A DNA stretch of 64,000 nt from Hormiphora californensis (taxonomy: Eukaryota > Animalia > Ctenophora), in contig CM035359.1 in assembly GCA_020137815.1 (NCBI GenBank), positions 186,001-250,000 on the forward strand, written 5' to 3'. This document shows, one piece after another, positions 10,886 to 23,600 of the stretch (position 1 is its first letter; every line of letters begins with the position of its first letter). Below the pieces are notes generated by a model. The model was not told where the DNA came from and searched no databases. It was given only the letters and a program-made list of their open reading frames with translations. The position numbers and the translations under genes were made by a program.

Positions 10886-13800
10886 TCAAACCATCGCCTC
10901 ATTATCCTTCTTCAAATGTGCCTTATTCTTTTCCTCGACCAAGTCTTTACTCAGTTTAATAACCAACTGTTCAAAGACCCTCGGGTTGACATTGTTCGCA
11001 ATTAAATGAAGATAAGTCCTTCCCGTGGTGCCGCAATTAAAATATATGTACTTCAACTTTGAATCCCCCTTGAGAAAGCACCGCTGCAGGAACCTTTGGT
11101 ATCCACCATCCACGAAGCAGTGTTCAGAGATGGTGAAGAAGAGGGAGAGAATGTTGGAGAGAATGGTTAGGACAAGGGCGAACCAGTAGATTAGGAAGAG
11201 GTATTGGTTCATAACATTGGGCGCTAGGACACACATTCCCTGTTCCTCTTCAAGACCTGCGAAAAGGGGGTGGAGAAAAAGGAGTTGTAGTTGAGTAAGA
11301 GGTAGAGAGACCTGTGAAAAAGGGGTGGAGAAAAAGGAGTTATAGTTGAGTAAGAGGTAGAGAGACAAGAAGAAAGGGTGGAGAAAAAGGAGTTATACTT
11401 AGTTGAGAGTAAGATGTAGAGAGACAGGAAGGGGTTAAATAATTATACTTTTCTTGGTAAACCATGCCAGTATCGTTCGAGATGGTGCAGGGACTATCAA
11501 TTTTATTATGACAAATACTTTGATTTACATGACCCTGGCCCTCGGCGTCACAGGACAAATTGCACTTCCTCACAGGACAAATTGCACTTAGAAAAAAATG
11601 TTTCACAAAATAGAAAGAAGAATATACACAATATATAGCTCACCCGAAGGTCCCCATCTCTTGATTTCGCACGCAACCATCTTCGGGAAAAGCCTGTCTT
11701 TTATAAACGCCGTCACGTTCGCTGACTGTATGGAAAAGGAATCAATGATTTGAAGGAAATTTGGTGTATGTTTAAAAGTGGTTAGATTTGCGATCAGTTT
11801 TTCTTTCTCAGAATTTTTAAGAAATTTCTTCGTAAGATCAAGCTGCAACTTCTGATCTATAAGCATATTTTTTTAACACCACAACTGCAACCCATATTTA
11901 GCTCCGATCTAAGTTTGTTTCTCCTCTCGAGAGGTGTCATCCCTCCAAATCATATTTCAGTTTCTAGATTTAGACTACGTAATGCATAAACTCCCCAAAT
12001 GCCCCATGGTGTCGAACTCCTATCATAATCATTGAACTCTCAACTTGAATACTTTTATGATAAGTTGCGAGTTCAGTACCCGGGCCCAAAAAGAGGGGGG
12101 TATACAATATACATACCTTGTCAAGAGAAGAGAACCACTCTGTACCGTAGGTTATAAAACTAGCTGATTCGAACATTGAATTCGTAGCGTACATAAGACC
12201 TACCGCCGCTGAGAGAGATGGGAGATTTGAGAAATTATATATATATATATATATGGCTGAGAGAGAGAGATGGGAGATTTGAGAAATTATATATATGGCC
12301 AAACAAGCCGCTGAGAGAGAGATGGGAGATTTGAGAAATTATATATAGAGATGGGAGATTTGAGAAATTATATATGGCCAAACAAGCCGCTGAGAGAGAT
12401 GGGATTATATACAGGGGTGGTGGTGCCTTGGTGGGGGCTAGTATATAGGGGGCGAAGACGCTGAGAGAGAGATGGGAGATTTGAGAAATTATATATAGAG
12501 ATGGGAGATTTGAGAAATTATATACAGGGGTGGTGGTGCCTTGGTGGGGGCTAGGGGGCGAAGACGCTGAGAGAGATTTGAGAGATTTGAGAAATTATAT
12601 GAGGCATAAACTCTGGCCACTGGCGCGTTATTTCAGATAACTTTCTCCCAGCGCGCCGCTGGGAGAAGTTAGCTGGAGTTTATCCGCCGCTGGCGGATAA
12701 ACTGGTTTAAATCACGACGACGATCCCGAGGCGGAGCCGAGGGAGAGGCGGAGGGGTTTAAACCTATAACGTGCCAGTGGTCAGAGTTTATGGGTTATAT
12801 ACCCTGCTTTAGTTGTTTATTTCAAGTATTACACACCAACAAGAGAGAGAACACTAATCAAAACACACAAAGAGAACTGAGAAATAGTTAAAAACACGTC
12901 ACAATTGAGTGTACATTGTTTGGTAACAGTTACTAAGCAGTTGCTAAGGAAAGAGAGTGAAAGAAATAGCCTGATAAGGGGCACATGTCACAAATAACAC
13001 AGAGAAAGAGATAGTGAGACAAAAGGGGAGATAAAGAGAGAGTAATTGACGGAATGTGTCCTTTCTTTCTCTCCAATGTAGTGTGTAAGTGTTGCACATA
13101 GTGTTCCCTCTGTATTTTAGTAAGAACTGATCATTTACACACACTTTGAATGTTACGTAGGAGTTAAAAATAAATAACCTGCCAGTGGGAAATAATCTGC
13201 CGCTGGACTGGCTGTTTACTGAGAGCGCGCTAGTGGGACTTCTCGCCACTGGCGCATTATTTAAGTTAGCAGGGTATATATATGGCCAAACAAGCCGCTG
13301 AGAGAGAGATGGGAGATTTGAGAAATTATATATATGGCTGAGAGAGATGGGAGATTTGAGGGAGATTTGAGAGAGATGGGAGATTTGAGAAATTATATTA
13401 TATGCAGCCAAACAAGCCACTGAGAGAGATGGGGGATTTGAGAAATTATATTATATGGCCAAACAATATTTAACAGATTTTCCAATGTTTTGTGGGATTG
13501 ATTTGTTTTTTCGGGATTGTTTTGCCACTAACCTCCGAGATACAGCAGTTTAACAGTAAATATAAGAAGGAACATCCGATGACTTTGGGTAACTTTTGCA
13601 TACGTACTTTTCTCCTGCGGATATTAACTACGGTTAATGGTTTTTGTGGCTAGACAAACTAACTTTCATACTTAGAAGATGTCAATTTTCTGTCAGGCCA
13701 ATGCTAGTCTGACAGGTTATTTTTCAGTAAACCGTCCACATCTGTTGGCGCCTATACCCAGGAATATTGATCCTACCTGAATGAAAATGGATAGTTTGAT

Positions 13801-16273
13801 GGCCAACCATCGTGATGCCTTCGCCACTTTATCCGCCATAACCTCTTCTGTTCCCACCTGTGTAAAATGGTAGAAACAATACATAAATCAAAGCTATGAC
13901 CTAATAATATAAGAACACATTTAATTTCACCAAATAAAACATTCTCAAAATCCCATAGGCTATATACCGGATTGTATAGTAGCTTGAGAACGGGTTTGAG
14001 TTCAAAAACTCCCAACTGCTTGTAAACGAGGTAGGGGGCGAAGAAGGCTACAGAGGATAACCAGAAGTAGAAGGGAACCCACTGGTACCATGTGTGGTAT
14101 ACTCTGAGAGGGGGAGGTAGGATGGTTAGGAAGGGGATTAGGGAACCCACTGGTACCAAGTGTGGTACACTCTGAGAGGGGGAGGTAGGATGGTTAGGAA
14201 GGGGATTAGGGAACCCACTGGTACCAAGTGTGGTACACTCTGAGAGGGGGAGGTAGGATGGTTAGGAAGGGGATTAGGGAACCCACTGGTACCAAGTGTG
14301 GTACACTCTGAGAGGGGGAGGTAGGATGGTTAGGAAGGGGATTAGGGAACCCACTGGTACCAAGTGTGGTACACTCGATGAGAGGGGATGGTTTAAGGGA
14401 TTCACTGGGAGACTCTGGGAGAGGGAGGAGGGGTGGGAGAAGATTGTTAGAATGAAAGGGGTGGGGATGGGAGCAGGGGGTGGGGATGGGAGCAGGGGTA
14501 CCTATTGCCACTGTTACGATGTGTGCCGCATTGTGTAGTAGCTACGCTGAAAGGGGGGGGGGGAAGTTTGTAGAGGAATTAGTTAGTAGGCGGATAGATT
14601 ATTTTCGTTCAGACAGTGCGCTCAGATGGGGTCGGTGCCCCCAGACAGATAGTTGGCTGTTGCGTACTGGATACTAACAATATATATGAGAGATTTGATG
14701 CAGGTGTATGTGATAATAATATTATCACGTACACCTCCATATTATTGGAGTGCTTGATGTATGTGATAATATTACATCTGATTTTAGTGATTTTGACAGT
14801 TTGATCATCTGACATTTTAACTGACAGGAGACCTAAGTTGCCTGGCTAGACTGTGTATCGGGCGGGAGGGTTAGAACATAACAAGGCCTAAGTTGATCTG
14901 TCTGGCGCCGCGACCCCATCTGAGCGCACTGTCAGGAGAATCAAATGGGGTACGGCGCCGCCATACAGAAGTTGATGGGGTGTAAGCATCTGATTTTATT
15001 TGGGTCGCAGCTTGCACTACGAGATGTCACTACGAGATGTCACATCTAGTTTTATCAAAATTAAATAATGCATAAATAATGCAAAGGAAGTTTAGAATAT
15101 TGATATGCTATACTTCAACTTGTCAGAGCAACTATACTGTTATGGCATATTCGATATATTGTGGTTTCATCTTAAACAATAAACGTGTGAACAGTATTGA
15201 GTATGAAAAATATGAACAGTGTGAGCAATATGAATACAAAATCAATATGAACACTCAGAACAATATGTACATTATGAACGATACCTAGTTGGTGGTAGAT
15301 ACATATCCCCCGGTGGACATTTCAACCTTCCCCCTCCTTTTAACTTCCGCTCCAAGCAAGGGGGTGCATCCTCCGGAATCAGACCTGCGAGGGTTGTCAG
15401 ACACTGACTGTACATCGCGCAACCTCGATGCACAGTCAGACCCCAAACACACAGCTACCCCAAACACACAGCTACGCGAGGCTGCTACGCGGCCTCACGT
15501 AGCCGCACCGGGCCTTCGGCCCGGTGCGGAGAGGACGGTCTTATATGAGACAATGCGAGGGGAACATGTTTTGATTTGCCTTGTTCGACCCTCCCTCAAA
15601 CAAGTTTTGATAACAATGTTAGCGAGGGAACATGTTTTGTTAGCCAACAGCTCTCACATGCGCTAATGTCTGTACTCTCCAAGTGAAACCCCTTGGTGAC
15701 ATATAGACACCTGGCGCGACCCCCGCACCAGGTGTCTATATATGTCACCAAGACAATCACCAAGACAATCACCTTCTTTAGCACAGCAATTCGCAGCTAG
15801 TGAAAGCAGGTTTTTCCGTGCAAATATCTTATTGGGGGAGCTGCATCGCGCTGACAGTAGTCAGTACATACCCGGATATGGAAGACTCCCATCTTTGATC
15901 TCATAGGCCTCCATTATCGTGTAAAGACCTTGGGTCCAACAGTAATCATCCACAAAGGAGGATGAAAACTTGGTGAGACCATCACAAGCAATAATGTTTC
16001 CAGAGTACTGCTTTAGTGTCACTGTAGGGAGGAGAATCAGTCGTAACCATGACAACACCAGTTATACTGAATGTTACCCAGGAGAACATGTTATCGTATG
16101 GTTACCATGGTTACCATAGCAACCAGCAGTCTTGTGTGTGACTTACCCACAGTCCCGAGAGTGAGGCACAGCAGAAACATGTAACAGCGGTTAAGTTGAT
16201 CCCACTTATCATCCAAAACAATCGATTTGAACGGTGTTACGCCTTTAAACTTTGATAACAAGTCAACTATCAT
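10886..16273 (-). CDS. inx: Innexin, complete, 9 coding exons
   Basis: Exons 16273-16147, 16021-15872, 15384-15285, 14103-13968, 13857-13777, 13614-13533, 12208-12117, 11725-11644 and 11256-10886, all GT/AG and in phase. Product: MIVDLLSKFKGVTPFKSIVLDDKWDQLNRCYMFLLCLTLGTVVTLKQYSGNIIACDG...DDYCWTQGLYT...PYPGLIPEDAPPCLER...RVYHTWYQWVPFYFWL...LFPKMVACEIKRWGPSGLEEEQGMCVLAPNVMNQYLFLIYWF. The hallmarks YQWVP, FPKMVAC and CVLAPN, four TMs and extracellular Cys pairs are present. Confidence 0.96.
11254..11430. repeat. ~56-bp tandem repeat (3 copies) overlapping the last innexin acceptor
   Basis: agacctgcgaaaaggggtggagaaaaaggagttgtagttgagtaagaggtagag repeated; copy 2 retains cacAG|GTCT. Confidence 0.85.
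12205..13466. repeat. Degenerate minisatellite (gctgagagagatgggagatttgagaaattatata...) reiterating an innexin acceptor, interrupted by an inserted element at ~12601-13275
   Basis: The unit contains minus-strand tctctcAG|CGGC, matching the real acceptor at 12209-12210. The array resumes after 13275. Confidence 0.85.
12601..13275. mobile_element. Unclassified insertion with internal inverted repeats
   Basis: Interrupts the minisatellite. cataaactctggccactggcgcgttat (12605-12631) is inverted at ataacgtgccagtggtcagagtttatg (12766-12792). It contains palindromes ttctcccagcgcgccgctgggagaa and ccgaggcggagccgagg, and a distal copy of gccactggcgc.ttattt.ag at ~13246. Confidence 0.55.
14072..14376. 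repeat. 68-bp tandem repeat (~4.5 copies) = innexin acceptor + first 11 codons (RVYHTWYQWVP) + TAA
   Basis: Units start at 14072, 14140, 14208, 14276 and 14344. The real exon begins at 14103. Confidence 0.95.
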
Positions 16274-17955
16274 CACGGATCATCTGAGGAGGGGAAATCC
16301 ATTTTATTGATTTATTAGCAATATAATATATTATATTGTTTGTACTTGATATACTTCCGTTCTAGTACCTTCATCATTCCGGCCGGGTTCAAAAAGTTCA
16401 TTTTTATATTTCATGGTCCGGCTTGAGGAGCCAAATCGAACGATTTTTGTTTGGGGCCTCCGTTCCCAAGATATTTTGGGGGAAAACCATATCTCACATT
16501 TGGTTACGAAGTCACCCCTATTATTGCATATAGGGGTGACAATACCGCCTACCTAAAAATGAAAATTTACGGGACCTTCTCATAAAAAGTTATCGAAAAC
16601 TTGTCTAAAACCTATCTAAAACGTATGGTACTAGTTTGTATAGTAACCAGGACCTGAATTCTACAGAAAGTAACGACCGGTAGCGATTACACCACATGTT
16701 TAACAACAGAGGTGTGTCGCATAACTCCTTATATGGGCATAAAATTCCAATCTTGTGGAATTTTTTCTGACTCGACTATAGCTTAGTTATCAATGAATCC
16801 ACCTCTAATACCTTTGGAATGGCATTTTGCACATTTCTGAAGGTTTTTGTAGCCAAATTCCAGCATCTTCATAGTTTTCCAAAAACAAAAACAGTGTTAA
16901 TGGCCAAAATATCGAAAAATTCCGGTATGTAATGGTAGCTCAGACAATTTCCTCGGTATGTTCAAAAAATTAGAACTTTCTGTTTTGTAGTTTGGACACA
17001 GGAATTTTTTTCCGCCGTACAAGCGATATTATTACCCCTCCGTGAGCTAGCGCAGAGGGGGAATTTCATTACCAAATCTCACATCGATGATTATATATCA
17101 TATAAATCGTGAGGAACTTCCTCGTGAGGAACTTCATTTGGTGTGATTTTCCACTCACGAGGGGAGATGGATAGTTAGGAGGAAGAGATGGCTGGGTAGT
17201 TAGGAGTTAGACTTGCAGAATGCAGAGATTTGAGGAAGGGTGGTCGATTAGTTAGTTACAGGATTAAGGCCTTATGGGAGAGGAAAACCCTCCCACTCAC
17301 GGTTTGCCCGCGAACATCGAGGGGCCGTCTAGACTCTGTCAGAGCATTGGCCATTCTCGTGCGAGAACTGTGGTCTGAGACAGTCTAGACTGAAGGTACG
17401 ATATGAACTCCTACCAACCTTGCCTTGTCATAATTTTCTAGATTATAAGTGACTTATAGTTGAAAGTGCGATGAGCAATGCTTTATATTTAGACGTGGTT
17501 ATGTACTATTAAAACCTAGGCGAGACTGGTATGGCGTGGTTTTACTTTGACCCACGCAAGTCGAGACTTCTGTTGCTCTGTTAGTCTGTAGGGTGCGGCA
17601 AGTCGAGACACCTGCAGCTGCAGGCAGGCATTGGGATTATCGAGACACACTTGCATTGAGATTATCAAATACTCGATGTTCTGCATCACCTAGTTAAATC
17701 TATAACTTTGTCACATACATGGAATTGAATTCCTGATGGGACAATATCCTAGTATCAGACTGTATGGCGGCGCCCTACCCCATTTGATTCTCAACAGTGC
17801 GCTCAGATGGGTCGCGGCGCCAGACAGGTATCAGAGTTCTCAAAGGGTTTAAGATGAAGTAGAAACTGAGTTAGCCTTGTCAATTACAAATTTGATACAC
17901 ACACACAATTAATGGGTGATTATTGAACTAGCATAGCTGCAGTTCAATTCCTGGC

Positions 17956-18043
17956 TGTCTCTGTCTCTGTCTCTGTCTCTGTCTCTGTCTCTGTCTCTGT
18001 CTCTGTCTCTGTCTCTGTCTCTGTCTCTGTCTCTGTCTCTGTC

Positions 18044-18108
<65 letters not shown>

Positions 18109-18135
18109 GTCTCTGTCTCTGTCTCTATCTCTGTT
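17956..18135. repeat. Compound (TCTGTC)n/(CTGT)n microsatellite
   Basis: Direct inspection. Confidence 0.95.
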
Positions 18136-19359
18136 TCAGGTTTCTGTCATCGTCTCTGTTTGTCTCTGTCTGTGTCTTTGTGCACTTTCACTTTCTCTGA
18201 CTTTTAGTTTCTGGTTTTTCTCGAAAATGTGGTTTCCCCACCCTCTCGTCAGCTCCTGCAGAACTCAGAAGTCTAGTCAGTTCTGCAGTTGTTCCAAGCC
18301 GCGACAACTACATAACCAACAATTAAGCTGTTAAACTCAAACCAAGTTACTGTCGGACGCCGATTTACCGGTCCCCGATTTACTGGAACCCCGATTGACC
18401 GGGAGTATAAAATATCCCCGGTATAGGAAATTAATGGTATTTGACCCCGATATATCGGGCACCCCGATTTACCGGGCAAAACCATTTTCCCCGAGCATAG
18501 TTATATAGTTTTATAGGCTACATAGTTCAAAATTCTCACATCTAAGGAAGCAGTTGTCTGGAGGCGCCAGACCCCGTTTTGATTCCCAAAATCTGAGTGA
18601 TCGGGGCGGCGCTGCCAGATAGTAGGGTGTGCATTGTGCACAGTGCACATACCCAAACCTACTAAGACAAGGAACAGGAGTTGGTGACATAGACACCTGG
18701 CGCGACCGAGAATGAGCTCACACCCGTATGCAGGGGTCGCGCCAGGTGTCTTTCTTGTCACCAAGAACAGGAGCTTAGACTCTTAGTTAGAGAACCAACA
18801 GGGGGGATCCAAAATGGTAGCACACTGTGCTTGTAGTAGTAGTACCATTACGGTATCCGCCATTACGGTATCTCCACTACTGCAAGCACCACTGCAAGCA
18901 CCACTGCAGTACACCATTACGGTATCTCCACTACTACAAGCACCACTACAAGCACTGCACTGTTAGCTAACTTACCACGTCGTTCAGATCACCGTGTTAT
19001 CAATGTAGATTAACACAGAATTCAGACAGAAAGATAGTATCTTGTAGAGAGAGCAAGAGTTTTCAGACAAGCTAAACGAGCTGTCTCCCAGACTTCCTTC
19101 CAGATCACTCTATTCTAAGTGGTGTTATACTAAACGAAGCTGTTCATCCCCGAAAACATTCATGATAACAACAACAACAAAAGAGAGTGCACAACTTGTT
19201 GGGCTGTAGTACGCTTTTCTTAGTAACACCCTAAAATTGGAATTCTAGGAAGCCCTCGACCAATCAGCGGCAAGGATTTGAGGTCACGTGACCACGATTA
19301 TTACAGTAGGGGAACAAAGAAAGTGAGTCATGATAGATGCAGTGCAGTTATAAATACAG

Positions 19360-19738
<379 letters not shown>

Positions 19739-20150
19739 TATAGAGAAAACTTTACAGTTTACGTCTTCGGAATTTATAGGAAAGAGGAAATAGAGGGGAA
19801 GTATCAAAATGGTGAATGTAATTGAAAATCGACAAACAAAAAGCCACACATACCTGGTTTTGAACGGTTCACCAACTTGAAATATATCCCAGATATCGAA
19901 CCAATCAGAACTAAAAGAAACAAAAAAAAACGGATTAGTTTTAGAGAAATATGGGATTTACTAACAGCTGTCTGTATCACTTTACTTTCTCTCCTTCTCT
20001 CTCTCCGTAGTTAAAGTAACAAACTCTCTCACCTTCTATCCCTTGATATATCCTGCTTTGCTTGCGTTTTCCGAGCGCCCACGCTCCAAACACGACAAGT
20101 GCCGACTAGCAAGTATTATCCACTATTCAGGTTGTTCGCTGGTCATCTTC

Positions 20151-20246
20151 CAGGAACCGAATACTGGTCCCTGATTGGCTGATAACCAGTAACGTGACGT
20201 AAATAACGAGTTCTGATTGGTTGTTTACTTGTGTCGATCGATTCTG
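20151..20246. mobile_element. Short hAT-like MITE (same family as 49178-49286)
   Basis: caggaaccga...ctgattggctgataaccagt.acgtgac...ttctg, flanked by the direct repeat (g)tcatcttc. Confidence 0.75.
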
Positions 20247-20678
20247 GTCATCTTCCAAAAGGGACAAATCGTTCTAAACCTGAAATAAATAGAGGTACCT
20301 GAGCCTGAGTGGCAATTATTTGGACTTTTATTACCACCCAGCACCCTGGTTCTACCATCACACCCTGGTTCTGTAAAAATAAAATTGGAAATTTCAGGGG
20401 CACAATAATAAAGTTAGTAACATTACAATCATAATTACTACGTCCCGATAAATATATTGACATGAAGTATAATTAAGTTCGAAATTGACAAAAAATCATG
20501 ATCATGAGAAAGTTTACAATATTACGCAATGAGTGTGAGGTGCAGTGGATGATATATGCTTAGTAACCATGGTTACAGACGTGAATGATAGGCGATTAAA
20601 TTGAAATCACGAAAAAAAAATTAAAAAATTGTCTTGGTCAGCTGTAAATTGTCCTGACACTTATACTAATTCTTCTCC

Positions 20679-23600
20679 TCAACTCTGTAGGAGTTTATTT
20701 GTTCTGGCCTCGGCGTCTTGGACTCGACCAACGTTTAGTGTTGTCTGCAGGGGGGAATTCAGTTTGAGTTTATAGTACAAAAATACCATTAATAAGAGGG
20801 GTATACATGGGTTCATTCACTTCCATTCACAATGCCAATTTAGGCAGCGGATTACGAATCCCCGGACCCCGATTTTTGATTAAACTCCCAGGAAAAAATT
20901 GCACAGAGCGATTTTTGAGGAGGGGGGGGGGGAACCTGGGCAATTCATTTCTGAGAGTTCAATCGGGGATCCGTAACCCCCTGTGGTATTAGTCTTGACA
21001 AGTTGACCAGTTTATTAAACACTTCAACTTGTAAAGTGTTTATTCGGTCATGTCTGGGTGGGGTGCTATTATATTATATATAATATATAGGAAAGTGTTT
21101 AGTAAGGTAATGATGTATTTCTGGAGACATTATGTAACTCAAAACTAGAAAGAAATAGCTTAGCCGCAATCGTGAATTAAAGGTCACAATATATTAATAT
21201 TGTTAATGTTTCTGATCGAATGACACAGTTTATGAATGATGAATCATGGGTTCCTATTGCTCGTTAGGTGTGGTTAAGGTTGCGTTTAGGTTTGGAGGTT
21301 TGGAGGTTGGTGGAGGTTTGGTGGAGGTTTGCTGGTTTGGAGGTTGGTTTTGCGGGGTTTGTCTCGGTTTTTTGGGTTTGGTCTGGCAGCATGATTCATG
21401 TTCTCAACTTACTCATTATACTACACCCCAAAACATTAGAGAGAATGTTTTACAGATTTGGACGAAACTAGCATACCTTCTCATTAATTCTGTCCAGTTT
21501 CGTGTTTTGTCTATCAAGTTCATCTCCCATGTCCAGCGCCATCATTCTCAGATCACCAACCACATCCGCCACAACTCTGTAATGACATGACTCTGTAATG
21601 ACTCTGTAATGACATGCAATTGCAGTGACTACTGAATAGTAAATACAGTCGGACCCCGATATACCGTAACTCCGTAACTCCGTAACTCCGTAACTCCGAA
21701 GATAAACTTCCCCCGTTACAGGAGATTCTGACAGTATTTGATCTCAATTGACAAAAAGTAAATCCTTTCCCTCGAGCATCTCGGTAAATCGGGGTCCTAC
21801 TGTATATTTAGGCAATTAAATTATATTAATTAAATGGCCATTGTTACCTTGCCGAATGCCGACCCCCCGTTAAAAAATTGCTTGATTAACTTACTATTAG
21901 TAGTCAACTGCTTGATAAATTCAAACTAAAATTCAACTCACGCTAAGTTTTCATCCATTTCGTCTTCCCGTGCATCGTTAGTAACACGTTGAATGTACCC
22001 AGTCTGAGCCACCTCTCCCTTATGATAACCTGCAGAGAATTAACATGACTTGGATACTAAACCCTCCATTATAGTTATACACAGTCAAACCCCGATTTAA
22101 CGGTCCCGATTTAACGGGTCCCTGGGGGGGGGGGGTCCGACTATAAGCTCCTGATACGAAGGAGTCTATAGAATGTCCATGAGAGAAGTCATGGTTCACA
22201 GCAGGGCGATCATAAACCCTGCCAATACTTTTAGAAAACGCAGCTTAGTGTGTCGGGGACAGATTGGAAAAGTTGCTTACTTTTAGAAAACGCAGCTTAG
22301 TGTGTCGGGGACGCTTGGGGCTAGTCACGACTAGTCAAAGTCACGACTAGTAATATATCATGTCTCCGATAATATAAGGCCAAGGGCATGTTATTGTCAA
22401 TGACAATGTCATGCATTCATTGAGTAATGACATTCTATGACAATAGCATTATAACAGCTAATCGCTCGAGCGACTAACTCACCATGTGGCTGAGATGTCA
22501 CAGTCCCACCAGCAGGGTTTACCCCATCTGCAGCCTTCCAACTTGCATCGTGGGTCTTTCCCTTGTTTTTTGGAGCACACGGGCAGCAGCTGTATAAAAG
22601 TGAAATGTATTAGTAGATTTATATCACATGCCTATACTTGTAAACAAGTATCTAGTTGCAGCCGGGAAAGGGCTTTCTCAAGACAAATATGACGCCCAGA
22701 CGGGGTATGATTGTTATGTATCATAATCAGGGAAGGAGTGAATTCCACAGGTTGCAATGGTGCATGCAGTGACTCACAGTGAGGCTATCTGGCACCGCGG
22801 TTTCAGACATCCTCACTGCATGCAACCGCCCCGTGCAACCGCCCCGTCTCGCCAGACAGAATGGGCTGGTGGGGGGGGGGGGGGGGTGGCCGTGGTACAG
22901 CTGCATAGGAAGATAGTAGCAATTGATTGTATTGGCTTACCCACAGAAGCGTTCCATATTCGCCAAGTGTTTCTCAGCTTTCGATAGGTCATCATTAATA
23001 TTATCCAACTTTGTCTCAATGTTATCCAATTGCTCTGAAAAAGGTGGCTTGTTTGATGAAAGACTCAGGCAAATTTGCAAGGAATTTCATGGCCAACATG
23101 CAGCAGGAGAGTTTACCGCGTTTGCGCGCGCCATCCCAGAAATAACATTGGTGTACTTTAACTTTAAGAAATTCTCCGCGCGCTCCGTTTTAATATCTCT
23201 CTGACGATCGGACTGGTCAAGATGGTTGAATCGCTTCATGTCAGTGGATATGAATGTTTCAATAAAGATGTAACGTGAAACATGCTCTATGGCTGTGTGT
23301 GTGAGATGGGATTGCGTAACATTGTTACTCATTGTAAAGTGAAGGGAGAAAGGAACATGACGAGGAAATAAGAGTGATAGACAAAAGTCGCACAGTGTCA
23401 CACAGCAATTGGTAATAAATGATAGATAATTATGATGAGAAAGGATTGAAAGATTTCCTAGTTTGTCCTACCTCCTTGTCTGTTCAGCTCCCCTGCAGTA
23501 TCAGCTCCAATTTGTCGAGTCTGAAACGGAATTATTATATTTAATTATTTAATTTAGTGACAGGTGTTCTTATACAATAAAACCCCGTCTACTCATTTTG

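Noticed and set aside
16350-17075. Possible Helentron/DINE-like element (terminal hairpin cccctc...gagggg); similar element-like sequence at ~27020-27960
   Set aside because: Ends and target site could not be defined from single copies in this window.
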